Shown here one piece after another: positions 47,858 to 62,975 of a stretch of DNA of 64,000 bases. Each line of letters opens with the position of its first letter. Within the stretch, counting starts at the first letter, position 1. The notes beneath the pieces are model-generated. The model was not told the DNA's origin. It ran no database searches and worked only from the letters and a program-made list of their open reading frames with translations. Source of the stretch: Eledone cirrhosa (Eukaryota); the NCBI GenBank assembly GCA_964016885.1, contig OZ024744.1:77066001-77130000 (forward strand). The letters run 5' to 3'. The position numbers and the translations under genes are program-made.

Positions 47858-48122
47858 AATAAAAATGGCGTAGACATTACAATACAATTGGAGGAAACAT
47901 AATAGTACCACTGATGATGTCGCAGATGTGCGACGAAAGAACTTTGATAGACTATATATATATATATTTATATCTGTATTTTTAACCGTTGGTCAATCAA
48001 TGATAAATATTGATTGCCAAATAAATTAACTATGGAGATATAAAAGGTACAGAAGCGAAAACCAACCCAACAGTGAGTGTGTTCTGTTATTATAACAATA
48101 TGACCCTCCCCAAGTATAACTA
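47462..48122 (+). mobile_element. PLE family A-like 3' fragment with in-frame deletion of the GIY-YIG core; HHR at 47906-47949
   Basis: MFVDATPGGKLAKQCIKALR joined to NDSRGRQIREA..LNRKNEW; terminus gaccctccccaagtataac then (TA)n. Confidence 0.8.
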
Positions 48123-48989
48123 TATATATATATATATGTAAATTTCAAGGAAACAACAGAGATACAAAAAGTCTTGTTAGTTTCACGCTTTATATTGGAA
48201 AGAAGAAAGAAAGTTCGACGTGTCGGGTTTAAACCCTTCTTCATGAGTACAAAAATAGAGACAGGATCACAATGGAGAAACGGAAAGAATGTCCAGTAAA
48301 GGCACACACACACACAAAAAGAAAACGAAAATGAAGAAGAAAAACAAGAAAGCTCTTAGGTAGTCTTGGTAACAAGGTAGAGTGTGTGTGTGTATTATTG
48401 TCGTTTTATGTGTGAGTGTAAGTGTATGTTTAAACGTGTGTGATTTTAAAGGTAAAATATGTAAAGTAACAAAGAAAGTGAGTGTATGTGTATATCCATG
48501 TGGTATGTGGTAGTGGACTTGCATGTGTGAGTGAATGTAAGTTTGAATGTGTATACTGTATTACTGTATGTGTACGTTGAAGTTATTTTGTGAAGTTATT
48601 TTGTCTGGCAGAGTTAGCGTATGCCCGTGAGAAGAGTGGATTTGTATGTGTGAGTGTATGATTACATTTTAACGTGTGTATGTATGTTGAAGTATCTAAC
48701 TGTGATTTGTATGTAAGAGTGTATGTATTAACTAGTATGTGTCATAGGATAAAGGAAGTATGTTCGGAACTAGCTGTCGAAACGGCCGGAGCTCAGCCGC
48801 CGGGGACTTAACTCTTTTCCTATTACCCACTCTACTACCCTAAGTATCGAGTACTCTGGTGCGTTATGGTCCACCTGGTTCCTTACCACACTTTCTGTAT
48901 TTTTTATATATAAAAAAAAGGATCGATCGACTTTCGTCAAATCGGACCGAGGAAACAATGTTTCCGTTGGTCTTTCCAGTTGCTAGTAC

Positions 48990-49134
48990 TATCTATCGGT
49001 CGCAACTCCAGGTAGAAGGAGTAACGTGAAATAAAGTGTCTTGCTCAAGGCATAACGCATCGCCCAGTCCAGGAATCGAACACACAACCTCAAGATTGTG
49101 AATCCAATTCGTTAACCACTCAGACACATACCTT

Positions 49135-49135
<1 letters not shown>
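48990..49135 (-). mobile_element. tRNA-derived SINE 5' fragment
   Basis: Minus strand agtggttaa..gttcgattcctgg..ccttgagcaagacacttt. Confidence 0.6.
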
Positions 49136-49213
<78 letters not shown>

Positions 49214-49242
49214 ATATGTATATATATATATATACACACACA

Positions 49243-49354
<112 letters not shown>

Positions 49355-49392
49355 TGTATATGTATATATGTATATATATATTTACATATATA

Positions 49393-49460
<68 letters not shown>

Positions 49461-49474
49461 TGTGTGTGTGTGTA

Positions 49475-49523
<49 letters not shown>

Positions 49524-49604
49524 ATATGTATATATGTATATATATGTATATATGTATATATATCTATGTACATATATATGAATGTCAATATATATATATA
49601 TATA

Positions 49605-49853
49605 TATGGTTGCATTTTATAAGGGTATGTCAATATTTATTTATAAAACTGACATATATTATATTTTATCTGATGAAAGCACACCATAATTTAACTTGGT
49701 GTCCTTGAAATATGTATAATGAAATAAATATGGTTTTATAAATATAGTTTCCATTTGTCAATATCATATTTTTACTCCAAATATTTGTTGAGTGCTTTAT
49801 ATCAGTTATAAAAATATTTGCTTGTTGTATCCCAACAATTTAAATAGAACTTT

Positions 49854-49856
<3 letters not shown>
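49605..49856 (+). repeat. solo Naiad pLTR terminus with HHR (49662-49726)
   Basis: Homologous to 61852-62015 and to the reverse complement of 58360-58610; embedded in (TA)n. Confidence 0.8.
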
Positions 49857-49928
<72 letters not shown>

Positions 49929-49934
49929 ATATAT

Positions 49935-50591
<657 letters not shown>

Positions 50592-50974
50592 GGGACCCGA
50601 GAGTATGTAAAACAATTAACAGCGATGTGATTGCTTGATCGCGATATAAAGACTGTCTCGCGTAGTTTTGTTTTAAACAAAAGTTATTTCCCTTGAAAGG
50701 AATTTGTCTCCCTTTAAAATATTTGGATCTGCGGATTGAGTTTGAGTGTGTTGCATACAGTTCTGAGCGTTTTAGATTGCTTAAATGATTGCATTGTGAC
50801 AGAACGAAACCCCTACAGGATTATCAGAGACGAAGACCTCTTGTTCTAGTCTACACAGTTCCACCTATCCATCTACCTCCTACCCTCCTTACCTAGCCAC
50901 CTATTTATCTTTTTATCTATCTAAATAAACATATCTATCTATCTATTTATCTATCTCTCTGTCTCTCTCTCGCC

Positions 50975-51024
<50 letters not shown>

Positions 51025-51029
<5 letters not shown>

Positions 51030-51600
51030 CAATATTAATAAATGGAAAATATCATTTATAATACTATATTTATTTTATTATACGTATTTCAAGGACACAA
51101 AGTTTTTGTGTGCTTTCATCAGATAAAATATAATTGTTTCTACTTTAGGCATAAGGCCAGCAATTACCCAGTGCATTACTGGTTCTTTATTTTATCGACC
51201 CCGTAAGGATGAAAGGCAAAGTCTACCTCAGCGGGATTTGAACTCAGATCGTAAAGGGACGTAACTATGCTGGAAAGCATGGCGTCCGACCCTCTACCGA
51301 TACTGCCAATTGACATACCTTAGCATAGTCTTAATAGTATAAGCTTGCTAACTGCCGTTACCTAAAGTATGTCAATATGTTAACACCAAATATGATATTA
51401 TATTTTATATTTTATCTGATGAAAGCACACAAAAGCTTTGTGTCCTTGAAATACGTATAATAAAATAAATATGGTATTATAAAGGATGTTTTCCATTTAT
51501 TAATATTGTTAATATTAATAATACTCCAGATAAATTTGTTGAGTGCTTCTAATCTGTTATAAAAATAACTTTGTTGAATAATAATCAACAGACCATATAA
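51025..51600. repeat. foldback of Naiad-type pLTR with opposed HHRs and a SINE in the spacer
   Basis: 51025-51130 is the reverse complement of 51408-51515; SINE at 51133-51311(-). Confidence 0.8.
51408..51467 (+). ncRNA. minimal hammerhead ribozyme motif (cleanest copy)
   Basis: uauuuuau-CUGAUGA-aagcacacaaa(agc)uuuguguccuu-GAAA-uacgua-UA-auaaaaua: 8-bp stem I, palindromic stem III. Confidence 0.85.
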
Positions 51601-51776
51601 CTCATTGTTTATATATATATATATAGAAGTGGTAACACAACAGTTAGTTCACCATACCGAGAACAATTTCAATTGTTCTCGGTATGGTGAACTAACTGTT
51701 GTGTTACCACTTCTACCTAACTCGTCCCATGGACTGAGTGCTCTACCACTACAGATATTACCTTCCAGTGTTCTAC

Positions 51777-51818
<42 letters not shown>

Positions 51819-51826
51819 TTGGTGGT

Positions 51827-51883
<57 letters not shown>

Positions 51884-51956
51884 GCTTGGTGGTCACCGAT
51901 CTGTCCAGCTCGTTTGTCTACCAGAATATCATGAAAAGTATTATACATTTTCTATG

Positions 51957-52015
51957 TATGTCTGAAGAGGAAATGTTTTGCTAAACTTTACATCTTCGAA
52001 ATATATATAATGAAA
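51957..52015 (+). ncRNA. hammerhead-like motif
   Basis: CUGAAGA-ggaaaugu..acaucuuc-GAAA-uauaua-UA; weak stem I. Confidence 0.5.
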
Positions 52016-52071
52016 TAAATAGAGATGATATAAAGTATATAGCTTTCGTTTATTACTATTATATATATATA

Positions 52072-53430
52072 CTACCAGCTGAGCCCTGTTGCACCCGGGG
52101 GCCACTTTTTATTAAGTTAATAATTTGAAAAATATTATTGAAAGTTTATTATAAAGAAGCAGTATCAGGAGAAAAAAATAGAAATATGCACTTGGGGCCG
52201 GACAGCGTACAATGAGAAGTGGAGCGACGTGAAAAGCGCTGAGAGACGTTGAGTGGCGACGGTAGAGGAATGGCAGAAGCTTCAAAGGTGTTGTTGCAGT
52301 GCTTCTTTGTAGACAACGTTCCTGGTATTACCCGGATTACCACAAATGTAGAGATTTTGTGGACTGCTGACCCGACGTATAGTTGACCGTAGGTAAATAA
52401 CTGCTGTGTCAGATTTAGGCCAACTACTTGTAGCGACTGTCCCTGTGCCTTGTTGATACTCATTGCAAAACAGAGTTTTACGGGAAACTGCCGTCTCGTA
52501 AAATCAAATGGGACGTCAGAGGGACTAAGGCTTATGGGGGATAATAACTTTGTCCCGCCAGCAGACGGTCCGCTCAGAATTTTTGTTGTAAGAATTCGTG
52601 TCCCAATTTTTTTGATGATCAGACGCATCCCGTTGCATAGTTCTGGTGGTTCCACGTTTCTTAGCAGCATAACTGAAAGACCAACCTTCAGTCTAAGGTC
52701 ATGAAGTGGAAGTCCGGGAGGTTGTTGACTGTTGAGAAATTCAATCGGATAGTTGACGGCGTCGTCCGCGTTTTTGTTGGTGTCAATTGACTTGAAGGAG
52801 ACTTCACCTCCTGGAATCTGATCAAGCAGGTGTTGATTCATTGCGTCAACGGTGGCATTATGTGGTGCTAAAATAGCGCTCCCTTGCAGCCAGTTGTGAT
52901 CAAGGAATCGTGCTTCGAGGTCTGGGAAAACAGATGACATTAATTCCTCTATGCTTGATACAAAGTTTCCAAACGGCAGACGGATGTGTTGTTCATCGAT
53001 TTCAGGCGTAGTTCCATTACCAACTTCCAGTAGCTGTTTTCAGAAATCCTCAGATTCTGCGTCGCCATGCACATGCACTCTCATGTTAGTAGTCAGGTTT
53101 AGTTTCTGGGCATACTGCCATAGGTAGAAAGACTTGATGCATGCGTTAACTTCGTCAGCTCTAGTGCCTCTAGTGATTACAGGAAGAGTCTGCCGAAAAT
53201 CGCCAGCTATCAGTACTGTCGCTCCACCCATTACGTGTGAATTTCGACGCAAGTCCTTGAGAGTTCAGTCTAGAGCCTCAAACGCTGCCTTGTGACTCAT
53301 TGTAACCACGTCCCAAATGATTAAACAGCACTCAGAAAGAAGGTATCCTTTAGTCTCCACGATTTATTCTGCAGGTATATTAACAGCGAAATAGCAATGT
53401 CGATGATATGCAAGTTTAAAAATGCAGATT
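52072..53430 (-). mobile_element. Helitron remnant with PIF1-like helicase C-terminal half
   Basis: GG..VLIAGDFRQTLPV, LTTNMRV, ILAP.N, YPIEFLNS, LKVG..VMLLRN, LCNG, RRQFPV..FAMSINKAQGQSL; GC-rich subterminal hairpin near 52075-52100. Confidence 0.88.
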
Positions 53431-55049
53431 ATGAAGGTTTGTATGATAGTTTACACTTTGATTGGCCTGGTCAGCAAGAGGGGCCTCTATTTATTAGACG
53501 TTTATTAGAAGAGGGGGAAATAACTAACCCCAGTAGTAGAACAGGGGGGTTCGCAATGTAAGGGTTTTATTTCTTTTGTTAGAAAACAGTTTGGCATTTC
53601 GTAAAATTCTACTGCAGAATCGATTTCATAAAACGGTTTTGTATGATCGTTATAGAAGTATTTAAATTTAATATAGAGCAACTGTAATTGAAAAATGAAA
53701 ATGAAACGTACTGTAGAAGCCAACAGTTTATTAACAGCGAAAATCTTTGATATGTTATTTTAAATAAGACAATGAATATTTTTTTTTTAAATGAATTAAT
53801 TAACTCGGCAACCAAAGGGCTTATAGATCCCATTCGTTAAGTTTACAATGAATATTTTAAAAAAAACTGAATTAATTAACTCCGCAACCAAACGGCTTAT
53901 AGATCCCATTCATTAAGTTTACAATGTATATTTCAAAAAAACTGAATGAATTAACTCGGCAACCCAAAGGCTTATAGATCCCATTCATTAAGTTTACATG
54001 CATGTATTCTTTAAACTTTTCATTTGACTTTGAAAAATACTACTTACTGTTAGTGGTGGTTAACATGTATTAGAATTAAAATAAAAATGATATTGGAAAA
54101 AGCATTCCTGAGAACACGCCTCCTTCTTCGCAATTTAAGGGTTTTATTTCTTTTGATGGAAAACAGTGACCGTTTTCGGTTTGGTATTTCGTAAAATGGT
54201 ACTGCAGAATCGATTTCATAAAACGGTACTGTATCTTAACAGCGAAAGAACGTTGTGTTTGATATGTTATGAAAAAATTGATGAGTTTAAAAATGTGTAT
54301 GAAATTGTAAATAAGACAATGAATATTGAAAGCGACTACGGAAAATAACTCATCGAAGTATTAGAACAGGGGGGAAATAACTCACCGAAAGCGATAGTAA
54401 ATGGACCATTTTGAGGCCCTAGGGACCACAATTTTTCAAGTTAGAGATTTGAAACCTCGTCTATTTGCTTCCTTGGCACTTTTTACATAGGTGTGTAAAT
54501 GTTCATGTCCGTCCGACCACGTCTACTACTATTCAACCGTGCACAACTGAATTTCAACCACCACCCATTTCACAAATATATATTAGACTAGCAGAGGTAC
54601 CCGGCGTTGCTCGGATATTAAATAGCAGTTGTGTATACCATTTATGTCAATACTTCAGTGCTGCTTCGAAAACTATACTTTTACAAAATCCTCCGCTTTT
54701 TCCAAAAGGGGGTTCCTGCTCCCAGGGGTCCCCTACCCAATGTGTGTCAATTCTGAGAGTTCACATTCATCTGTAGGACAAACGTAGCCCATGTGTCAAG
54801 TTTTGTGAAAATCGGTTGCGAACTCCAGAAGTTATGACGTTTTGTTGCATTGCACTGCAGTGCTTCAGTCGACTCCAAGGAAGTGGTTAAAGTTGTTAAA
54901 GGGGTTATCTGCCGGGGGGGCCCTATAATCAATATATGGAAAAATGACAGTGCCCATGGCCATCCGGAGTACATAAGAAACCTATGTCTTAAGTTTGGTG
55001 AAAATACTGTAGAAATGCATAAGGTTTATACATACGCGCGTGCGTTCGT

Positions 55050-55139
<90 letters not shown>

Positions 55140-56590
55140 AAATCATTCTGTTATTTTAAATAGAATATTAGTCTAACGACTCCATTTATACCATAAACTT
55201 GGTCTTGTCTTTGCATGAAATTGTTCTTCACGCTCCACATAACGATGTATTATCCTCGCTTTTTTTTCCCGTTCATTGCCAGGGAACGTCTTCACGAACC
55301 AAAATATCGTCTTCCTGTTTTCTTCGCAATTTAAGGGTTTTATTTCTTTTGATGGAAAACAGTGACCGTTTTCGGTTTGGCATTTCGTAAAATGGTACTG
55401 CAGAATTGATTTCATAAAACGGTACTGTATGATAGTTTACACTTTGATTGCCCTGGTCAGCAAGAGGGGCCTCTATATATTAGATATTTATTAGAAGAGG
55501 GGGAAATAACTAACCCCAGTATTAGAACAGGGGGTCCGCAATGTAAGGGTTTTATTTCTTTTGTTAGAAAACAGTTACCTTTTTTGGTTTGGCATTTCGT
55601 AAAATTCTACTGCAGAATCGATTTCATAAAACAGTACTGTATGATCGTTATAGAATTATTTAAATTTAATATAGAGCAATTGTAATTTAAAAATGAAAAT
55701 GAAACGTACTGTAGAAGCCAACAGTTTATTAACAGCGAAATATTTTTGATATGTTATTTTAAATAAGACAATGAATTGAAAAATACTACTTACTGTTAGT
55801 GGTGGTTAACATGTATTAGAATTAAAATGAAAATGATATCTGAAAAAAACGTACTTGAGAACATGACTCCCTTCTTCGCAATTTAAGGGTTTTATATCTT
55901 TTGATGGAAAACAGTGACCGTTTTCGGTTTGGCATTTTGTAAAATGGTACTGCAGAATTGATTTCATAAAACGGTTCTGAATGTTAACAGCGAAAGAACA
56001 CAGCGAAAGAAATTGATGAGTTTAAAAATGTGTATGAAATTGTAATTAAGACAATGAATATTGAAAGTATTAGAACAGGGGGAAAAAATGAAAATGAAAC
56101 GTACTATAGAAGGCAACAGTTTATTAATCTGCATTTTCAAACTTGCATATCATCGACATTGCTATTTCGCTGTTAATAAACAACGCTTTTCACGTCGCTC
56201 CACTTCTTATTGTACGCCGTCCAAGTGCATATTTCTATTTTTTTTCCTGAAACTGCTTCTTTATAATAAACTTTCAATAATATTTTTCAAATTATTGGTA
56301 CTGTATGTTAACAGCGAAAGAACATAGATGAGTTTAAAAATATGTATGAAATTGTAAATAAGACAAAAGTATTAGAACAGGGGGAAATAACTCACCGAAC
56401 GCGATAGTAAATGGACCGTTTTGGAGCCCCAGGGACCACATTTTTCAAGTTAGAGATTTGAAACTTCGTCTATTTGCTTCCTTGGCACTTTTTACATAGG
56501 TGTGTAAATTTTCATGTCCGTCCGACCACGTCTACTACCATTTAACCGTGCACATCTGAATTTCAACCACCACCCATTTCACAAATATAT
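53430..56590. repeat. patchwork of duplicated Helitron-associated segments
   Basis: 53440-53775 matches 55428-55775; 54030-54585 matches 55777-56590; ~60-bp tandem unit x3 at 53790-53997. Confidence 0.7.
54588..55165 (-). mobile_element. non-autonomous Helitron
   Basis: 3' end ccgagcaacgccgggtacctctgCTAG|T; probable 5' TCTATTT at ~55164; internal (CA)n. Confidence 0.65.
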
Positions 56591-57032
56591 ATTATATATA
56601 TACACACACACACACACACACATATATATATGTGTGTGTGTATGTGTCTGTGTGCGAGCGCGTGGCTGCTGTTTCTACTATTGTTGTTGAAAACCGACAA
56701 CTCAATTATTGTAAAAGAAACTGTCAAAGAAGGAGCCATTGTCATTATGAATGAAAGTTGTTTATTTTTATTTTACAAAGGTAAAATAATTCCTGAACAA
56801 GAAACAGGTAGCAATTAATACCAGGTATAAACAACAAACCTGCCCCCAACAGCTTAAAATGTCGCAGAAATGCTACCACTTAAAATAAAATTTTGCCGGA
56901 GATAGATTAGAAAAATTTAATAAGTAGGGTGGGATGGGGTGGAATAATAGCTGGGGTGGTGGCGATTATTCGTGAACCGAAAGTACACACATACATATAT
57001 CTTTATCTATCTATCTTGCGCTCTCCCGCCCG

Positions 57033-57116
<84 letters not shown>

Positions 57117-57125
57117 ATATATATA

Positions 57126-57188
<63 letters not shown>

Positions 57189-57191
57189 TTA

Positions 57192-58141
<950 letters not shown>

Positions 58142-58277
58142 TAGAATAGCTTTCACCGTATTTTTTTGACTAAAGAAATTTTAGTCTGATAATGGGGTTT
58201 AGAACCCTCAGATAAATGGAAAAAGATGGGTATTGATGTACATGGGAGTCGAACCCACATCTTTGGTTAACTAGACC

Positions 58278-58359
<82 letters not shown>

Positions 58360-58362
<3 letters not shown>

Positions 58363-59140
58363 AAAATTCTATTTAAAATTGTTGGGATACAACAAGTAAA
58401 TATTTTTATAACTGATATAAAGCACTCGACAAGTATTTGGAGTAGATATACGATATTAATAAATGGAAACTATATTTATAAAACCATATTTATTTCATTA
58501 TACATATTTCAAGGATACCAAATTAAATTATGGTATGCCTTCATCAGACAAAATACAATATATAACAGTTTTACAAATAAGCTTTGACGTACCCTATTAA
58601 AATGCAACCATTGTTTTTGGAAGTCATCCGGATAGTGAATTGTTTATATAACTTTAATAAGTCATAGTGTTAAGGACAATTAGAAAAAGACGGAGAGAAA
58701 GAAAAAAACGGAGAGAAAGAAAAAACGTGGAGAAATATCGGAGAGAGAGAGATGCATGGAGAAAAAAAGAAAGAGATAAGTAAAGACAGGAGGAAAGGAA
58801 GAAAGAAGAAAAAAAGAAAGAAAGAAGAAAAACAGAGGAAAGCAACAGAGAGATATTAAGTCAACAGACAGATAGAAAAACTCAAGAGAGAGAAATGTTA
58901 TATAGAGAGAGAGGGAGATTATGAAAACTTTACGTCATGTCATGTTAAGTTGAGTTAACAATTCATATGAAATGAATAATAAAAATATTAATATTAATAT
59001 TCATGAATGGGACATAGATATATAATATGAGAAATTAAACATTGTTTAATAATGACTATATGTTTAGTTTAAACCTTGAGATCAATATACCAAAATTTGG
59101 GTTTAATCTCCAAAATGTACACATTGCTAGAGAGAGACAC

Positions 59141-59188
<48 letters not shown>

Positions 59189-61295
59189 GCACGTCCTGAA
59201 AATAGAAATTATATTTACTCAAGTCAACAATATAGACATATAAAGCGCAGACGATTTCTCTTAATCACTGCTATACATTCATTGTGTTATAAAAAGTTCA
59301 CAGTATATATACACATAAAAATATACGATTAACATTCATGACTTCGTATATATGATTACCATTCATGCATTTAACATTTCTGCAATCTAAACTGCGTGGT
59401 TATGCAACATAACTTTTAAATTAGTTTTAACATTAGTTTTAACATTACAATTGTACACTACATTTTTAGCTAAGCAGTTGTTATTTAACGGACAGTTAGA
59501 TTTATTTCTACAGTTACAGTTATTCAATTGAACATTGCTTGGGTTATTATTGATATTTTGGTTCGGTTTTAAATTTCTATTATTAATTCTATTAATATTT
59601 TGTGCTAAATGTTTGGTGGACGAGTAAGTTAATTTTATAGTGTGTCTATTAAAAATTGAGTAATATTTATGTGTTCTAGGGAAGCGTTTGTCAAGAGCTT
59701 TAAAGAATAGTTTAGCAATAGGGGTTTTAATATTTAGTGAGAAAGGGGGAGCAAACCATAATATGTTTCTAGTTCTATTTCTTTTTCGGCTTTTGGAATT
59801 ATTGTAATGTTTTCTATTATAGTTGCTAAAGTTGTTACCATAATTAAAATTGTTATTATTTTGGTTAGTTTGCTTATTATTATTATTATCAATGTATTTA
59901 ATTTCATTTCTATATCCAGCTCTACCTAACGCTTCGTTGTAATACTGCGCTTTTTCATCAAATATATTTTTATTAGATGAAATTCTTGAAATTCTTTCTT
60001 GAACAGAGTTCACTATAGTATTTTTAACAGATCTGGGGTGATTAGAGTTAAAATTAACATAATTCAAGTTCTCATTTAGTTTGTGAAATGGATAATGAAG
60101 ACATGTGTTGAGATTTAGTGTTACGTCAAGAAAATTGACTATTTTATGGTTATTCTCTATTTCTACTTTTAGATTATGGTAATTAAAAAATTGTATAATT
60201 TGTTTTCTTTTCCTATTTAGTTCACAGCTATTATTTTGTATAAGTAAAAGCATGTCATCACGATATAAGCCTCCGGTTACACCTGGTATTTTTCTATGTA
60301 GCGAATTAATTATAAATAGGCCCACAAGGTCCGTTACCTGAGCTGAGTCTGATGATCCCATAGTTATGTCGAAATTATTATTTCTATCTGCCCTAGTCCA
60401 GAGTTGGTTATTAAATTCTATCAATGTTTTCCTTGCCGATAATATAATGTGAATTTCATTGCTAGTTAGGTCTGTATGTTTAAATGCGTAATTTAGTGCC
60501 TTATTCAGTAGATTAGGAGTGATAGATGAGTAGTAGTTAGCAATATCCAGCTGAATAAACTTATTATTATAGTTATATTTAATTTCTTTAAACCAATCGA
60601 TAACCTCACTAGTCCCTTTCCATAATTTTAAGTAAGATAAATTAGGTAAGTTTTTAATTTGTTGTATTACCCTGTCTAGAATATTTTTGCTAAGTTTGCC
60701 CAGGTCAGATTTAGATGGTGCAATTAATCTGACTGCTAAATCATTTTCAAAGTTTCTTTTGTGATCCTTCATATTGATCTTAGGTTTCCTAGGCATGAAG
60801 GGTTGTGTTTTATTCTCAATGTCTAATTCATGCATTATACAAGATGCATTTCCAAAGTATAATCCTTAGTAATATATTGATATTTGATTATCTCTATACA
60901 AAAGTATATGTGTGTATTAACATGCATATAAAAGTGTTATAGGTTTTTTATGATTGTATATATGTCTGTATGTATACATGAGCGATGCCTGATGACGCAC
61001 GCAGATATTTATTTATACATATATAGGTGTATATGTATATACGTGTGTGTATGTATATGTGTGGGTAAAAGTTATGTTGCATAACCACGCAGTTTAGATT
61101 GCAGAAATGTTAAATGCATGAATGGTAATCATATATACGAAGTCATGAATGTTAATCGTATATTTTTATGTGTATATATACTGTGAACTTTTTATAACAC
61201 AACAAATGTATAGCAGTGATTAAGAGAAATCGTCTGCGCTTTATATGTCTATATTGTTGACTTGAGTAAATATAATTTCTATTTTCAGGACGTGC

Positions 61296-61339
<44 letters not shown>

Positions 61340-62012
61340 GTGTCTCTCTCTAGCAATGTGTACATTTTGGAGATTAAACCCAAATTTTGGTATATTGATC
61401 TCAAGGTTTAAACTAAACATATAGTCATCATTAAACAATGTTTAATTTCTCATATTATATATCTATGTCCCATTCATGAATATTAATATTTATATTTTTA
61501 TTATTCATATGAATTGTTAACTCAACTTAACATGACATGACGTAAAGTTTTCATAATCTCCCTCTCTCTATATATAACATTTCTCTCTCTTGAGTTTTTC
61601 TATCTGTCTGTTGACTTAATATCTCTCTGTTTTTCTTCTTTCTTTCTTTTTTTCTTCTTTCCTCCTTTCCTCCTGTCTTTACTTATCTCTTTCTTTTTTT
61701 CTCCATGCATCTCTCTCTCTCTCCGATATTTCTCCACGTTTTTTCTTTCTCTCCGTTTTTTTCTCTCTCTCCGTCTTTTTCTAATTGTCCTTAACACTAT
61801 GACTTATTAAAGTTATATAAACAATTCACTATCCGGATGACTTCCAAAAACAATGGTTGCATTTTAATAGGGTACGTCAAAGCTTATTTGTAAAACTGTT
61901 ATATATTGTATTTTGTCTGATGAAGGCATACCATAATTTAATTTGATATCCCTGAAATATGTATAATGAAATAAATATGGTTTTATAAATATAGTTTCCA
62001 TTTATTAATATC

Positions 62013-62017
<5 letters not shown>
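58360..62017 (-). mobile_element. Naiad-like PLE with ~950-bp inverted pLTR arms, HHRs at 58491-58555(-) and 61909-61973(+)
   Basis: Arms 58446-59418 / 61066-62017; RT ORF between them; (TA)n on both sides. Confidence 0.9.
59387..60835 (-). CDS. Naiad-like RT (5'-truncated; GIY-YIG truncated after VVY)
   Basis: MKDHK, VRLIAPSKSDLG, FIQLDI..YYSSI, FDITMGSSDSAQ, GGLYRDD, VNFLD, WFAPP, CNC..CPL..C, VVY then an unrelated tail. Confidence 0.85.
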   Translation of the reverse strand: MHELDIENKTQPFMPRKPKINMKDHKRNFENDLAVRLIAPSKSDLGKLSKNILDRVIQQIKNLPNLSYLKLWKGTSEVIDWFKEIKYNYNNKFIQLDIANYYSSITPNLLNKALNYAFKHTDLTSNEIHIILSARKTLIEFNNQLWTRADRNNNFDITMGSSDSAQVTDLVGLFIINSLHRKIPGVTGGLYRDDMLLLIQNNSCELNRKRKQIIQFFNYHNLKVEIENNHKIVNFLDVTLNLNTCLHYPFHKLNENLNYVNFNSNHPRSVKNTIVNSVQERISRISSNKNIFDEKAQYYNEALGRAGYRNEIKYIDNNNNKQTNQNNNNFNYGNNFSNYNRKHYNNSKSRKRNRTRNILWFAPPFSLNIKTPIAKLFFKALDKRFPRTHKYYSIFNRHTIKLTYSSTKHLAQNINRINNRNLKPNQNINNNPSNVQLNNCNCRNKSNCPLNNNCLAKNVVYNCNVKTNVKTNLKVMLHNHAV

Positions 62018-62086
<69 letters not shown>

Positions 62087-62157
62087 GTGTGTGTGTGTGT
62101 GTATATGTATATATATATGTATGTGTGTGTATATATATATATGTATGTGTGTGTGAA

Positions 62158-62239
<82 letters not shown>

Positions 62240-62251
62240 GCGAGCTGTGTG

Positions 62252-62915
62252 AATGGTCTGTAATGCGAAGAAATACCTATGATGGCTAGTAGACCACTGA
62301 TGATGGATAGTCCTGGCTTCTATTTCTAATTCTTATTTTATTATATATATCATATTTGCAACAACACAGCTCGCCATTTTTCATTCCTATATGCTTTCCT
62401 CTTCGCTGTGACCTGTCTTTTTCTCTTCCCTTACTGCTATCCTCTTTCTCTCTCCCTCTTCTCTCTCCTTTCCCTCTTACTTTCACTCACCCCCTCTGCT
62501 AGTCACCCTCTCTCGGCTAGCCTCTTCCTCACACTTTCACTCACTCACTCTCTGCTACTCACCCTCTCTCTCACTTCCTCCATCGTCTCACACCGTACGT
62601 GATTCTTACCTTGCTCACATCCGCACAGCCAAGATGTGTCTTTGCCTTCTCGTCAATATTCGCAAGTTCTTATGTTCAACTGAATCATTAACTTGATTTT
62701 CTCATTTTTTCCTCTCTTTACGTTGCCTCACCATTCGTGTTTATTTACCTGTCTCTCTTTCTCCACCCAACTTTTTTTATCCCAATAACTTAATTTAGTT
62801 ATTGTATCGCCCTAGCTTGAGGTATAGGGTCTGTAATGCGAAGAATTACCTATGTTGGCTAGTAGACCACTGATGACAGATATTCCTTCTATTTCTAATT
62901 CTTCATTTTATTATT
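62252..62915 (+). repeat. unclassified element with terminal direct repeats
   Basis: 62255-62345 matches 62828-62915; related to 42262-42836. Confidence 0.55.
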
Positions 62916-62926
62916 ATATATATATA

Positions 62927-62975
62927 TACTCTTTTACTCTTTTACCTGTTCCAGTCATCCAGCCGAGGCCATGCA
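62927..62975 (-). mobile_element. CR1-family 3' tail fragment
   Basis: Reverse complement resembles 27152-27200 (gcatggcctc.gc.ggatg.ctgga.caggtaaaagagtaaaagag). Confidence 0.6.

Noticed and set aside
52149-53252. Host PIF1 gene
   Set aside because: Intronless, frameshifted, Helitron-type motifs with a Helitron-like 3' hairpin
53790-53997. CRISPR-like periodic repeat
   Set aside because: Three ~60-bp tandem units with no unique spacers, no cas genes, and a eukaryotic context
60985-61015. Additional hammerhead (cugaugacgc)
   Set aside because: No stem II closure or GAAA downstream
58446-62017. DNA transposon with long TIRs
   Set aside because: Arms are PLE 3' UTR copies with HHRs around an RT, matching the known inverted-pLTR structure; no transposase
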